Source: Welwitschia mirabilis
Lineage: Eukaryota
Assembly: GCA_051453625.1 (NCBI GenBank)
Contig: JBOZIK010000001.1
Location: 47,150,562-47,185,183, forward strand
Direction of reading: 5' to 3'
DNA: 34,622 nt
The notes below the pieces were generated by a model. It was not told where the DNA came from. It saw only the letters and a list, made by a program, of their open reading frames with translations, and searched no databases. This document shows, in pieces, positions 11,740-23,019 of this stretch (position 1 is the stretch's first letter; every line of letters starts with the position of its first letter). The position numbers were made by a program, and so were the translations under genes.

Positions 11740-14510
11740 GGAAATAATGTGATATCCTTACCCTTTATCATGGTGATGCATGTGAAGGCCACTCTAGTGG
11801 CCAAAAGACCACTATGAAAATCCTACATGCAGGTTTCTATTGGTCTTTTTTAAAGAATCTTTTACTTTTGCTACAAGATGTGATGCTTGTCAATAATTTG
11901 GTAGCCTTTTAGAATCTCCACACATATCCCTCCAACCTATCCTAGAATGTAAACCTTTTGATTATTAGAGTATAAACTTTATAGGCCCTCTCAAACCATC
12001 CCCTTGTAATAGAAATTATATCTTTATGACCATTGATTATGTGCTAAAATGGGTAGAAGCCATTCCTACTACCACAGATGATGTCAAAATTGCATGTTAT
12101 TTTCTTAGATCTAATATTTTTCATAAGTTTTTTTTTTAAGAAATGATAAATGTCTATTATACTATAATATAAGATAAGAGGAAAAACAACATGGCTTAAA
12201 AGCTATTTTTTTAAGCACGGTAGAAATCTTGCTGATAATCAAAGCCTCAAACATCAACATCTAATTTAGTCAACCCTCATTCTCAATTCCAATAAGAAAT
12301 ATGCTCTAAAGTAGCATACCCCAACAGGTTTACAACAAAATGGTATTCATAAGACTCCAAAGGTGGGAAATTTTTTATCCAATCCCAAGGCCTCTACAAT
12401 TTTAGGAAATTCATTAGAAGGAGAGTTGAGGTTTCTTATGATCTTGAATGTCCTCCTTTATCTCCTTTTCAGTTTTACCTTTTCTAGTATTCATTTAGAT
12501 TTTTTATCTATCTATCTAGTTTTTGAGTTTTGCTAATTGTTGGTGTATCTAAAATGCACAACTCTGCACAATTATTATTATCTAATTTCTCATGTGCCAT
12601 TTTCATTTATGATAGCTATTTTAATTTGGAAGAGCGAAATTGCATATTATAGATGCCCTCTGTGTGCTACTTTTCTTGTTTGGCTATTACTCATTCATTT
12701 CCTATTTTATTTTCCTACATCTATTCTAGTTTTTCATCTAATAGAATATTATATTTATTTGATTAAAATATTGGGTCATTGTTTGGAACTAAAGCTGGTT
12801 TCCTTTTATGATCTTTTTTTTAAACTTCTTACCAGTCATTTTTTCCCACTTTTTTATTTTTCATTTTTTCTTCTATCATATGTCCATTTTCACTACACTT
12901 CAAATATTGCAATGAAATATTTTAGATTTCTAGATTTACCAATTCCCCTCATATAGTATCCAAGATTAGATTTTTTACTTTGAAGCTATCCACTTTTATG
13001 TAAACACATATTCTAGTCATTGCCATTTTGGCCATTAAATTCATATTCTTATCAAGTTCAACAAACTCTCCTAATATATCTTTAAGTTATTTTAAGAAAT
13101 TTAGATACCATATTTCTAGGTGAAAGTTTGAGAGATAAATCCAAATTGGGATCTTTTAAAAAATGGTGGATTTGTTAAGAATAAAAGGGAACCATTTAGT
13201 TAGGAGTAAACCTCTACCGCCAAAAAAATAGGGCCCTCCTGCTAAAACCTTATTCATTTCTTCTTTAAACTCAAAAATAAAATATGACAATCCATCTCTA
13301 AGAGGGATTACCCTACAGAAACTTCTAATCACACCATAGATGCACTTTTTTAATAAATGAGAGCCCTCCTAAGGATTGAAATTTGTCAATGAGGCTATTT
13401 CTAAAATGAACCTCTAGATGCTTAGAGTAGTGGATGGGCATCTTTTCATGAATGATATCTCCTTTACACTTAAAACTAAAATTTAAGTAAGAAAAACTTT
13501 GGTGTTTTCTTCCTACCACTAAATCCACATAAGATTTGGTACCTAAAGATTCTGCCACAGTTGGAGAACGGAGTCTTGCTTTTAATAGCACATTGAAGAC
13601 GCACTGCACGAAGGGGAAAAAAACCCTACAGAATTAAAAACCATCTGCAGAAAGCCTATAAGAAAGCACTTGTGTTAAGAAGCCATGAAAGAGATAATAC
13701 TTTGACATGTGAAAGATGCACCAAAGGAAAAATTGCCTCTTTGTCTACTGCCACGCATCCTAAAATCCAAACACTAGCTTCACTGCTCTGCTTCCTCCTT
13801 GAGCTATCTCCCCATTAGGCATGTTTATATTTTCCATAAGTTTAACTTTTCTAAAGCTTTGAACAATGACTAAGGTTCTTATTTCATTAACAAGGTTCTT
13901 AGGAAACTTCTCCTTTCTATAGGAGTGGAACACAAAATAACTAATGCCCATTATCCACAACAAATGGTCAAGTTAAAAATGCTAATAAGAAAATCAAGAA
14001 AATAATCCAAAATCTTATCTTTAAGAATAAGAAATCTTAATCTTTAAAACCCAATGGTATTCTTTAGGCTTACTATACAACTTAGTATAATTCACTTGGT
14101 TTTGTTCATTATGAACTATTGTATGATAAATCTTATGTCCTTCCTATTGATGTATGCTATAAGACCATATATCAACTTTATGTCATTGATTTCAATGAAA
14201 ATATTCAACATATTTTATTCCAACTTTAACATCTTAATGAGAAACGAATTCATTCATCCTTACGAGACTCATATAAAAAGCCTAAGCCAACTTTCACCAT
14301 GATAAAATTCCTATACCTAAACCATTTTAACCTAGTTAATTGGTGCTTTTATTAAATACTCAAGTGCTTTTACTTCATAAAAAGTTAACTTATAAATGGA
14401 AAAGTCCTTCTCTTATACAAAAAGTGCATCTCAATGGATTTGTTGCAATTCTTGACTTAAAATCTCATGAAAAGTTAAAAGTAAATGGACAATAATTGAA
14501 GTTACTAATC
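11740..14510 (+). pseudogene. gypsy integrase remnant (split by the LINE derivative at 12131-13826)
   Basis: HHCC finger HGDACEGH..KILHAGFYW..CDACQ, then INFIGP, TIDYVLKWVEAIP and NIFHKF. It resumes after the insertion with D*GSYF..GVEHKITNAHYPQ and continues to the VNGQ tail. Confidence 0.9.
12131..13826 (-). mobile_element. Non-LTR (L1-clade LINE) derivative with decayed ORF1, poly(A) and 17-bp TSD
   Basis: TSD ATATTTT(T/C)CATAAGTTT at 12114-12130 and 13827-13843, with a poly-T run at the left junction. Minus strand shows KSYVDLV, NSLIDKF, GPYFFGGRGLLLTKWFP, ILGEFVELD..TRICVYI (DUF4283-type ORF1) and a knuckle relic YLKCSENGH at ~12910-12880. Confidence 0.85.
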
Positions 14511-15920
14511 ACCCATTATTGTCATTATATTATGCATATAATTGAAGTAATTAACTTAGATAATTTTCTTACCTAAGATAAGACTCTTCCCTTTGACATT
14601 GTCTAAATGCTTTCCTACTTGGATTCGTTGGTTAAGTAATCTTACTAATTGATCATCTATTGACTTTAAGTCAAAAATCTTAATAGAGTTATTAAGATGT
14701 ACTTTTTCTACAAGATAAGAACATAGCCATTTAGAAGCTAATTTATTATAAAGTAAATGCACTAGAGTATTAAACAAAAGTACCTATTAGCTTGGTTAAA
14801 AGATCTTAGGTATAATCTTTTTATCATGGTGAAATTTCACTTTGGTGTTTTGGATGAGTTGCCTATGGATAACATGAATTTATTTCTCATCAAGGTGAAA
14901 TTTTACCTTGCCCTTAGTTATCCCATCTTTTTCACTTTAGTAAGGCTATCCACCTATATCATTTGAAAAACCACCTAGATGATGAACTTTACCTCTTTAT
15001 CTGACTTCTTTTCCCTAATTTGAAATTTTGAAACATCTTTTAATCTCTAAAAATCACATTTTAGTGAATTCTGGTTCTTGTATTCTTTACTGATTTAAAA
15101 AAAGGGTAAAAAACTTTGTTGTCCATCATGTTATCTGGATGACAAAGTCAGCTAATCATTTTTCAAAGAATAAAATAACAAAGCATTTTTATAGTACTCA
15201 TTATAGTCTCTTATTTAAACAACCAGGAAGATGATCACTATAACCCATGAGTTATACCTTTTTCTCTTCCATTTGTTCTTATTTTCACTTATTATTTTAT
15301 CTCAAAAAATTTGAATCTTGATGCCTAGAGATCGTACTGTCATACACCTATCTCTTGGCATTAGATTTATATCAGATCTACCATTTAAATTCCAAGTTTT
15401 ATTGAGTTTTGTAGACATGAGGTGAGTTTCCATTCTATGTTACTTTTGCTTATTTCTCATATTTTTAGGCCTTTTTTAATGTAATTTTTGCATGGAAGCA
15501 TTAGCTTTCCAAGCTTAGCATTTTAGTCTAAATGGTATTTGATTTTACTAAGTATTTCATGAGATATAAACATTTTTACATTTCATAAGGTATAACAAGG
15601 GGTTTTCCTTCAAATTTGAATTGCTCTTTTATCTTCTAGTGAAGCTTAGCATATTTATAGTCAAAATTATAAGCTTAATGGACTAAACATTTCTACTATC
15701 ATGAAAGTTTGTTTTAGGCCTTTAATTTTTCTTTTATAGTGATTTTAGACCCCATATTACATTATTACATTTTCAACTCTTTTCCTTCAATGTTTTATAG
15801 AATTTGAGAAAAAATTGGTTTACTTGATGCAAAATAGGAGTAATCATTAGTTATTGTGGGTAAACATTCTAGCTTTAGAGAGTATACTTTTCAATTTTTG
15901 GACATATTTTTAACCCATGC

Positions 15921-15976
15921 ATGTGTGTATGTATACACACACACACATACATACATATACACATATACACATATAT
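15921..15976. repeat. Compound (TG)/(CA)/(TACA) microsatellite
   Basis: atgtgtgtatgtatacacacacacacatacatacatatacacatatacacatatat. Confidence 0.85.
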
Positions 15977-16084
15977 TTATGTTTTTATGATACAATCAAT
16001 GATACTAATATCTTCTATTAAGGTTAATTAGTTATTTAACTTAATCATAATATCAATTTTTACATGTCAATAATTGTCATCTCC

Positions 16085-17490
16085 AAAAGGGTTTTTTGGG
16101 ATACATTTGCTACAATTTTAATGGCTTCCTTCTTCCGTTTCTTCTCCACTAAAGGTATCCCTAATTTCTTTCCTTAAATCAGCTCCTTCTCACTTCTAGA
16201 ATCTAAATACGAGTCTAAATCATGTGATTCACTACTCCTCAATGGAGAGTACTTATTTAGTGATTATTTTTTTTTTCCTTGAAAATCTTCTTTGGGTTTA
16301 ATAGAGGGGTAATCACTTACCCTTTTTTCTTTGGCTCTGATTGAGCTTTATTCTTCTTTCAACTGCAAATTCAATGATAGTTTCTACTTTCTTATTTTTA
16401 GAACTATTTGGAATCCTTTCGAAAATTTTCTTATCCTACAAATGTCTCTTGCATGTTCAAAGTTTCCATAGTTCTAACATTATAATACCTCACATTATGC
16501 TAGGACATGGCCTTTTCTCCTATATTTTCCACATAGAAATTCCTTTAGTTTAGTAGAAAATTTATCCAAATTTCCTAGGGCTGAATAGTGATAACATCAT
16601 AAGGGGATATTTTTATATTCAACCTTAACTTTGTCTGATCTGAAGCTATGCAAAATTTCAATTACTCTTATGATTTTAGTGAGTTAATATCTATCCATGC
16701 ATAGAAGCATGTCAATACCATCCTTGTTCCACTTAGGGTTACAAGATTCACTTTTATAACTTCCCAAATTCAATAGCTAATGCTTTAATGAACTCTTGAG
16801 TCCATAGGGATATGCTAATTTCTTTTAGCTTGACCAAAATTAAGAGTTTTTAAAAGATCTTACTAAAATCTTTTCTGAGTCTCTAATGAGGGAGGGCTAA
16901 ACCACTTTCTCAAAAAACAAGGTCCCTCTCATCATTACATTATTCAAATCCTCTTTAGATTCAAACCTAAATAAACTAAATCCTCCATGAGTGTAATAAC
17001 TTGCATTGACTAGATTGTTGTCTAGTGTAATACAACCCATCCCCTGATTGCTTCTATGTTGGGATGAGAATTTGCAAACATGAAAATGGTCCACTAGGCT
17101 AAATCTAAAATGCTCTTTGACAGTAACAAAACTTTTTGAAGTTGCCCTAATCTTAAATCTACCATTTTCTCGAAAAACTATTCATCATAGAAGAGAGGGT
17201 TAGAAAGTAGCTAGCAAAAACCCTTAATAATGGATTTCACCTCCTTTCCATGAAGTAAAAAACACTTTTACTAAAAGGATGCAACTCCCTTGTGTAGCAG
17301 ACTCCTCTCCTAGCATTGCTACTCACCTCCTTTAATGCCTTTAAAAGTGACACACTTGCCTTTGATGCATTACCACTAACCCACTCTACCCACACTATAG
17401 CTATTTCACCTACTCTCGCAACCAATATCCTAGCACTTTGGCATCTAAAACTTCCTCCTGTAGTCACTTGCCTCATCTAGCTAGAAACCC
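16085..17490 (-). mobile_element. Second LINE ORF1 relic
   Basis: Minus strand shows GGFSLFRFESKEDLNNVMMRG.LFF (DUF4283-like), KVEYKNIP followed by a decayed knuckle (~16630-16560), and a basic C-terminus EKKRKKEAIKIVANVSQKTL (~16150-16090). Boundaries and TSD were not resolved. Confidence 0.75.
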
Positions 17491-17732
17491 TTAAAGATTA
17501 AAGCTTTTAGTAGTTATATTTGAAATGTTGCCATCCATTTAAAGTTACTCAAGCATTTTATGATCCATCCAATCTTGAAATTCTTAATAGTTCATAGTGT
17601 GTTAAATTTCAATGCTTTAAGCTTGACATTTTCTATGTTTATGTAGATGGAAATCCAGACTATAATTGTCTTAGTTGTATACATTGTTAGATAGTCTTTT
17701 TATTTAAAAAAAGTAAAACAGGAGGAAAAAAA

Positions 17733-18070
17733 CCCTTTTGAGTATTCTTGCAAGTTGTTACATAAATTTTTAATTTAAGTTTTATGAGTTTAGATTGATA
17801 ATTTAAAGCTAGCATTAGAATTCTTTAAAGATGATTTTTTTCCTTTCATGATAAATGATCTTCTAAGTTGTCTAGATGCAAAATCAAACTACAATCATCT
17901 CAATTTGAAACATTTTTTAATGGTCTTAAAAAAAAAATAATATCCCCTTTTGAGTATTCCTGCAAGTTGTTTCATGAATTTTAAATTTAAGTTTTATGGG
18001 TTTAGATTGATAATTTAAAGATAGCATTAGAATTCTTCAAATATGATTTTTTTCCCTTTCATGATAAATG
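17733..18070 (+). repeat. ~125-bp direct repeat pair
   Basis: CCCTTTTGAGTATTC..TTTCATGATAAATG occurs at 17733-17857 and 17945-18070 with scattered substitutions. Confidence 0.9.
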
Positions 18071-18886
18071 GCCTCATTTAATAAGAGTAAGACCAATTTG
18101 TTGTCTAATTTACTAAAAATGAAGTTCAACATGTCATCCAATAAAGGAAATTTTTCATGTGAGATTTTTTAGCTTCTAAATCTAGTCACATCATGTCCAT
18201 ATTTTGTCAATGTAAGGAAGAACACAATAGAGAGGCATTTTCCAATAAAACTCTTCCAACAGTAGTACTAAAGCCATGCCTCATAAAACTTTGGAAGTTC
18301 CACCATAATAAGATTGGTAGGTTTTCGTGTGCAAAATGAAATTGTCATTGATATAAAATTTTCCCCTTGTGCTCTTATACCCTGATTTGAAAAAGAGGAA
18401 TCAACACAAACTCCAAATTTGATAATAGCTAGTCTAAGATAATAGTAATGCATTAGAATGTTGCTGACGTGCTTGATAAGAAGACCTTAAAAACTACAAA
18501 CCCTTGCTTATGCCCCTTGCACTAAAACTTGGATCACTCTTAAGACCCAATAGAAATAAATACAAAAAATTAAATCCTATAAGAATATAAATAACTAAGG
18601 AATTTTTAGAGGTTCATTTAAAACCAATAAATTATAGAATAGTAGTTTTCATTTTGAGATATCTAAAATTTTTATCAAGATATATCTAAGGATAACAATC
18701 AAGTAAAAGTTCTTCAGAATGTCGATAATAGATTATCCATTTCACTTTGAGAAAACGTGTGAATAAAGCCAAATACTAACTTCACAAAAGGTGATACATG
18801 CAAAAGGAATGTATCGGGAAATGGTAAACTTAGGTGGATATCATGTTCGGAATCAGATGAGAAAAAAACTCAGCCATGCACTAGAA

Positions 18887-19570
18887 TTTGGATTAAACAA
18901 AGAATGGTGAATTGATAGGGCTATTATGTTATTTAAGATAGAAATAAATCAAATTTAAATAATTATGAATTGATTGTAATTAGCAATTATTTTATAAAAC
19001 TTTTGGGAACCATAATTGAAACAAAGATTAATACATAGATATAGGAAGACAAATTTTTAGGAATGTCTATAACAAAATCATTTTACAAAAGATTATCTCA
19101 TTAACACATTTTATTGACAAAAATAAAATTCAAATAAAAGTATTCATTTGGATTAAACAAAGAATGGTCAATTGATAAGGCTATTATGTTGTTTAAGATA
19201 GAAAATAAATTGAATTTAAATAATTATAGATTGATTGTAATTAGCAAATATTTTACAAAACTTTTGGAAACCATAATTGAAACAAAGATTAATAGATAGG
19301 TATAAGGAGACAAGTTTCCAGTAATGTCTCAAGTAAGCTTATAACAATATCATTTTACAAAAGATTATCTTATTAACACATTTTATTGACAAAAATAAAA
19401 TTCAAATAAAAGTATTCATTTGGATTAAACAAAGAATGGTGAATTGATAGGGCTATTATGTTGTTCAAGATAGAAAATAAATCGATTTTAAATAATTATA
19501 GATTAATTGTAATTAACAATTATTTTACAAAATTTTTGGGAACCATAATTGAGACAAAGATTAATAGATA
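18887..19570 (+). repeat. Tandem repeat, ~260-272-bp unit, ~2.6 copies, just upstream of the gene
   Basis: Units start TTTGGATTAAACAAAGAATGG at 18887, 19147 and 19419. The copies are diverged and no gap is involved. Confidence 0.95.
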
Positions 19571-19797
19571 TTACATATTATGAATTTTATTTTAATTTCA
19601 ATAGTAGACAATTACTTGTACATGGCAAAAAAAACAGACTAAAACGACGGTGGATCACGGCAGAAGCAATGAATATGCGATACTTCGGCGGTGGCACAGG
19701 CAGGAAAACCTTGTTAAACCTCGCTAAACCTCTTTTCGTTTTGTTCGGTTGATCGCAAAGAGAAAGCAAGCAAAAAAGTTACAAGCCAAAAGGAGCG

Positions 19798-19942
19798 ATG
19801 GCCGGCGCGCAGAGGGATTGGAGAGTCTTTGCTCGTCCTATACTGGAGACCGCCCTCAAAGATCACTGCAGTCGTCCCAAAGTTTTTCAGCCGCTCTTTC
19901 TTCACGGTCCTCGCGGCGCAGGCAAACGCACTCTTCTTCAAA
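19798..19942 (+). CDS. EMB1381: EMB1381-like P-loop protein, exon 1
   Basis: ATG at 19798 gives MAGAQRDWRVFARPILETALKDHCSRPKVFQPLFLHGPRGAGKRTLLQ, then A|GTAATT (phase 1). It resembles the recalled angiosperm W.IIPRPLLETVL..QPLILHGPRGVGKT. The gene symbol is from memory. Confidence 0.85.
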
Positions 19943-20094
19943 GTAATTCCCAATTCCTGTTCTTTCTTTAAGTGTTTTTTTTTTTTTTAATACAGTATTT
20001 GATTCTCAAAAAGCACATTGAATATAGAAAATATTGATTTATAGACGGTTTGTAATTTGATAGAGGATCCTTCTGTCATCCTGTCTTTTCGCAG

Positions 20095-20825
20095 GGCTGT
20101 TGGAGGAATGGAAGAGGCCTCCTCATGCATTCGAGCACATAGATTTTCGGCCGTTGGATTCCATGCCTCCTTGGACATTGTTGGAAACCCCAAGCGATTT
20201 GCGGACACTTAGGTCTCGGCTTGAGACGAGTCTTGAAGCGCTTACGAGAAAAGGAGTGGAGCTTGGATGCATCGGAGGAGAGCAGGTGTACGTTACTCTT
20301 AAAAAATGGCATGGCATAGATGGAGCGTTGCAGCACTTCTTAAAAAATCGTGTAGGTATCTCTGCATTGGCAAAAGTCTCTTCTTCTAAACGCGACGGGA
20401 CTCTCTTGTTGTGGAAAAAGGCGTTAAGGTCCCTGTCTGAGTTGAGTGCAAAGGGAAATAGCGACTCTAAAAGCATCTTCCTTCCTGTTAAGAGCTGGGA
20501 GGACGAGTATATCAGGCGTCTCAATGCTTTGGCTGCATGGAATGATGCCTTGCAATCAGGCAGTGGTTCTCCTTACAGATCTTTGCTGAAGGCCAGAATA
20601 TGGGATTCGAAAACAAATGAGGAACTCAATTATTTTAAGGAGTCATTGCTTTCTCTGCATTTGGCGAAGGAGCTGCTTTCTATACACGAACAATGGAGGG
20701 CTAATGCTATTGAGCATGTGAAGAAAACGGGAAGTTTTTCGAGAATGCTGGCACACACGGCAACAAATTGGCCGTCGCTTCTTATCGAATTACTTTCTTG
20801 CGGTGTGGCAGAAGGATACTTTCAG
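20095..20825 (+). CDS. EMB1381: EMB1381-like protein, exon 2
   Basis: Acceptor TTTTCGCAG|, 731 nt open, reading RLLEEWKRPPH...KWHG...LAKELL..WRANAI..NWPSLLIELLS..GYFQ, then donor CAG|GTAGAC (phase 0). Confidence 0.92.
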
Positions 20826-21298
20826 GTAGACACACATGCCCTTGTCCCGAAATGGATATAAGAGAAATTTGCTCATATAAAGATGTTTTTCTTTGAATAT
20901 GTTGCTCATGAAATGGATAAGCTACGGGGAAAGGAAACGATTTGAATGCAATTCTTTCAGGAATGTCGAATATCATTTGAAAGGCATCATTCATCAATTC
21001 AAATACGCACTTGCCTTCATGGCCAGTTCCTTCAGTGTCTTTTTGCTTTTTGGACTTGGATTCTTTGAACTTATTTCATCCATCTCGACTAGTGTTGGTC
21101 CTTCGATCTTTGGTGAGGGCATTTGTATGCACATTTCTACAAAACTTATACCAATCCATCAAGATATTATGATTCTTGAGAAATATTATTTCAAAAGTTC
21201 AAATAGTGCAATGGAATTCTCTACAAGAAGTCATAGGTCAGCCATCAAATTTGACGTAATTGAGGTGTGATTGTTTGAATAAAATATTTAGTCCCATT

Positions 21299-21410
21299 AC
21301 TTGTTGCTCAAGCAGCCTTATGGATAAATTCTGATGGCATGTAATGGAAGGGCATTGCCTAATCACATGCCCTAGCTTGACAAGAGATTGACAATCACTT
21401 TGCATTTCTT
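21299..21410 (+). repeat. Diverged dispersed repeat, second copy at ~23552-23660
   Basis: Both copies share CTT.TTGCTCAAG.A.CCTTATG.ATAAATT.TGATG..AAGGGCATTGCCTAATCA..AGCTTG..AGATTG. Confidence 0.75.
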
Positions 21411-21587
21411 TTTTATTATAATAGCAAGTGAGGTTGTCACCTGCATGTTGTCTCTTATCTCTTTATTTTTCCTTTGTTTATTCTCAACAATCGATGTCAA
21501 AGCTTGTGTTTTATTTCCATGATTGTGACTTGGGAAGGCAATAGCTTTGGAAAGTCTTTTCATGACTGCTAGTTGTTTGCTAGATTG

Positions 21588-22385
21588 TAGTGTTGCAAGA
21601 CACCAAGTCTCTATGAGTACTCCCCGAGTTACAAGTCTCTGAAGACTCATGAGTCAGTTTGCTTGAGACTCGCCGAGTTCAGGTCTGACCGCAAAACTTG
21701 CAAGTCTCTGTGAGCTGGCGAGTCTCATTGAGTCAAGTGGAGGGAAAAATATTAGATTAAAAAATGCCTTTTTAAAGGTATTTGGTGGGCGCCAGCAACG
21801 TTTTGGACTATAAGGAACCCTTTCTCCTCTATTCTAACACAGATTTCCCTCATTTTGGATCGGGAAAGAAGATTTTTGGAGAGTATTGGTATAGGGGTGT
21901 TCAACTTTTGCTTTGTACTTTAGCTTTCCATCGTGAAAATTATAAAATATTGCCTACGGTGATGATTTACAAAACTATTCTATAAAACATTTCAATGCAT
22001 CATATATTTTACATTTNNNNNNNNNNNNNNNNNNNNNNNNNNNNNNNNNNNNNNNNNNNNNNNNNNNNNNNNNNNNNNNNNNNNNNNNNNNNNNNNNNNN
22101 NNNNNNNNNNNNNNNNTATAAAATATTGCCTACGGTGATGATTTACAAAACTATTCTATAAAACATGTCAATGCATCATATATTTTACATTTAAATGTTT
22201 TAATGTAGTATAGAAGTCTAAGAATGTTATTGAAATCCTTAAAACTACTTAAAATGCTAAGAAATAACTCTTCAGTGACTCTTTTTGACTTCCAAGTCTT
22301 TGCCGAGTTGGCTGCCTAGTCGAGCCAAGTCACGAGTTGTTCCCCCTAGTTGACTCGGGTGGTGAGGATGAGTCTTGCAACACTG
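21588..22385. mobile_element. hAT-type MITE with GACTC/GAGTC subterminal repeats
   Basis: TIRs TAGTGTTGCAAGAC and GTCTTGCAACACTG (13/14 match). The 8-bp flanks CTAGATTG and CTAATTTA match at 5/8, a possible decayed TSD. The element contains a gap. Confidence 0.8.
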
Positions 22386-22469
22386 CTAATTTACACAATG
22401 GAGGTGGGCTTTGAAGCAATGGAAGTTGTGATTGGAGACCATGGCAAGCAATTGATGCATGGAGAAAAC

Positions 22470-22931
22470 CATTGTTGCAAGACTCGGACTCGCCACCTGA
22501 CTTGGCTAGGGAAAAAACTCGTGACTCGGCTCGACTCGGGGGCTGATTCGGCACNNNNNNNNNNNNNNNNNNNNNNNNNNNNNNNNNNNNNNNNNNNNNN
22601 NNNNNNNNNNNNNNNNNNNNNNNNNNNNNNNNNNNNNNNNNNNNNNNNNNNNNNCACCTGACTTGGCTAGGGAAAAAACTCGTGACTCGGCTCGACTCGG
22701 GGGCTGATTCGGCACAGACTCAGGAGTCAAAAAGAGTCACTAGAGAGTTTTATGTACAGATGCACCAAGACTCGCCAAAAACTTGCCCAATCTCACCAAG
22801 ACTCGTTGAGACTCGTAAGTTTTGTGAGCTGACTCGGACTCGGCGAGTTTCTACCCACTCGACTTGCGAGTTCAAAAAAACTAGGGACTCGGAGAGTACT
22901 CGCCGAGAGCCGGAGAGTCTTGAGAAAATTG
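22470..22931. mobile_element. Second, inverted and shorter copy of the same MITE family
   Basis: It begins CATTGTTGCAAGACTC. Its left part is the reverse complement of 22270-22385 and its right part resembles the reverse complement of 21590-21730. Confidence 0.8.
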
Positions 22932-23019
22932 TAAGATCTTGGAAATGTCACATATGGAAAATCACCCAAAAAATGGATGAGTGGATAGAAGCAATTGGAA
23001 AGAACAAGAAACTGTTATG

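Larger units (their letters stand above)
4690..14520 (+). mobile_element. Athila-like Ty3/gypsy LTR retrotransposon, heavily decayed, with three nested insertions
   Basis: Order seen: LTR ending CA at 5982, tRNA-Asp-type PBS, gag, protease, RT, RNase H, integrase, then the C-terminal KLTYKWKSP..VNGQ*LK motif. The left boundary is approximate and no 3' LTR was confidently found. Confidence 0.88.

Noticed and set aside
12537-12956. 139-aa hydrophobic ORF as an Athila env-like gene
   Set aside because: It is the antisense of the A-rich LINE ORF1 inside the TSD-bounded insert.
20100-20861. 253-aa ORF as a standalone gene
   Set aside because: It starts at TTG and runs through a splice donor; it is exon 2 of the spliced gene.
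20893-21270. 125-aa ORF with a hydrophobic stretch
   Set aside because: It is intronic, starts at a non-ATG codon in the track, and has no recognisable motif or supported splice sites.
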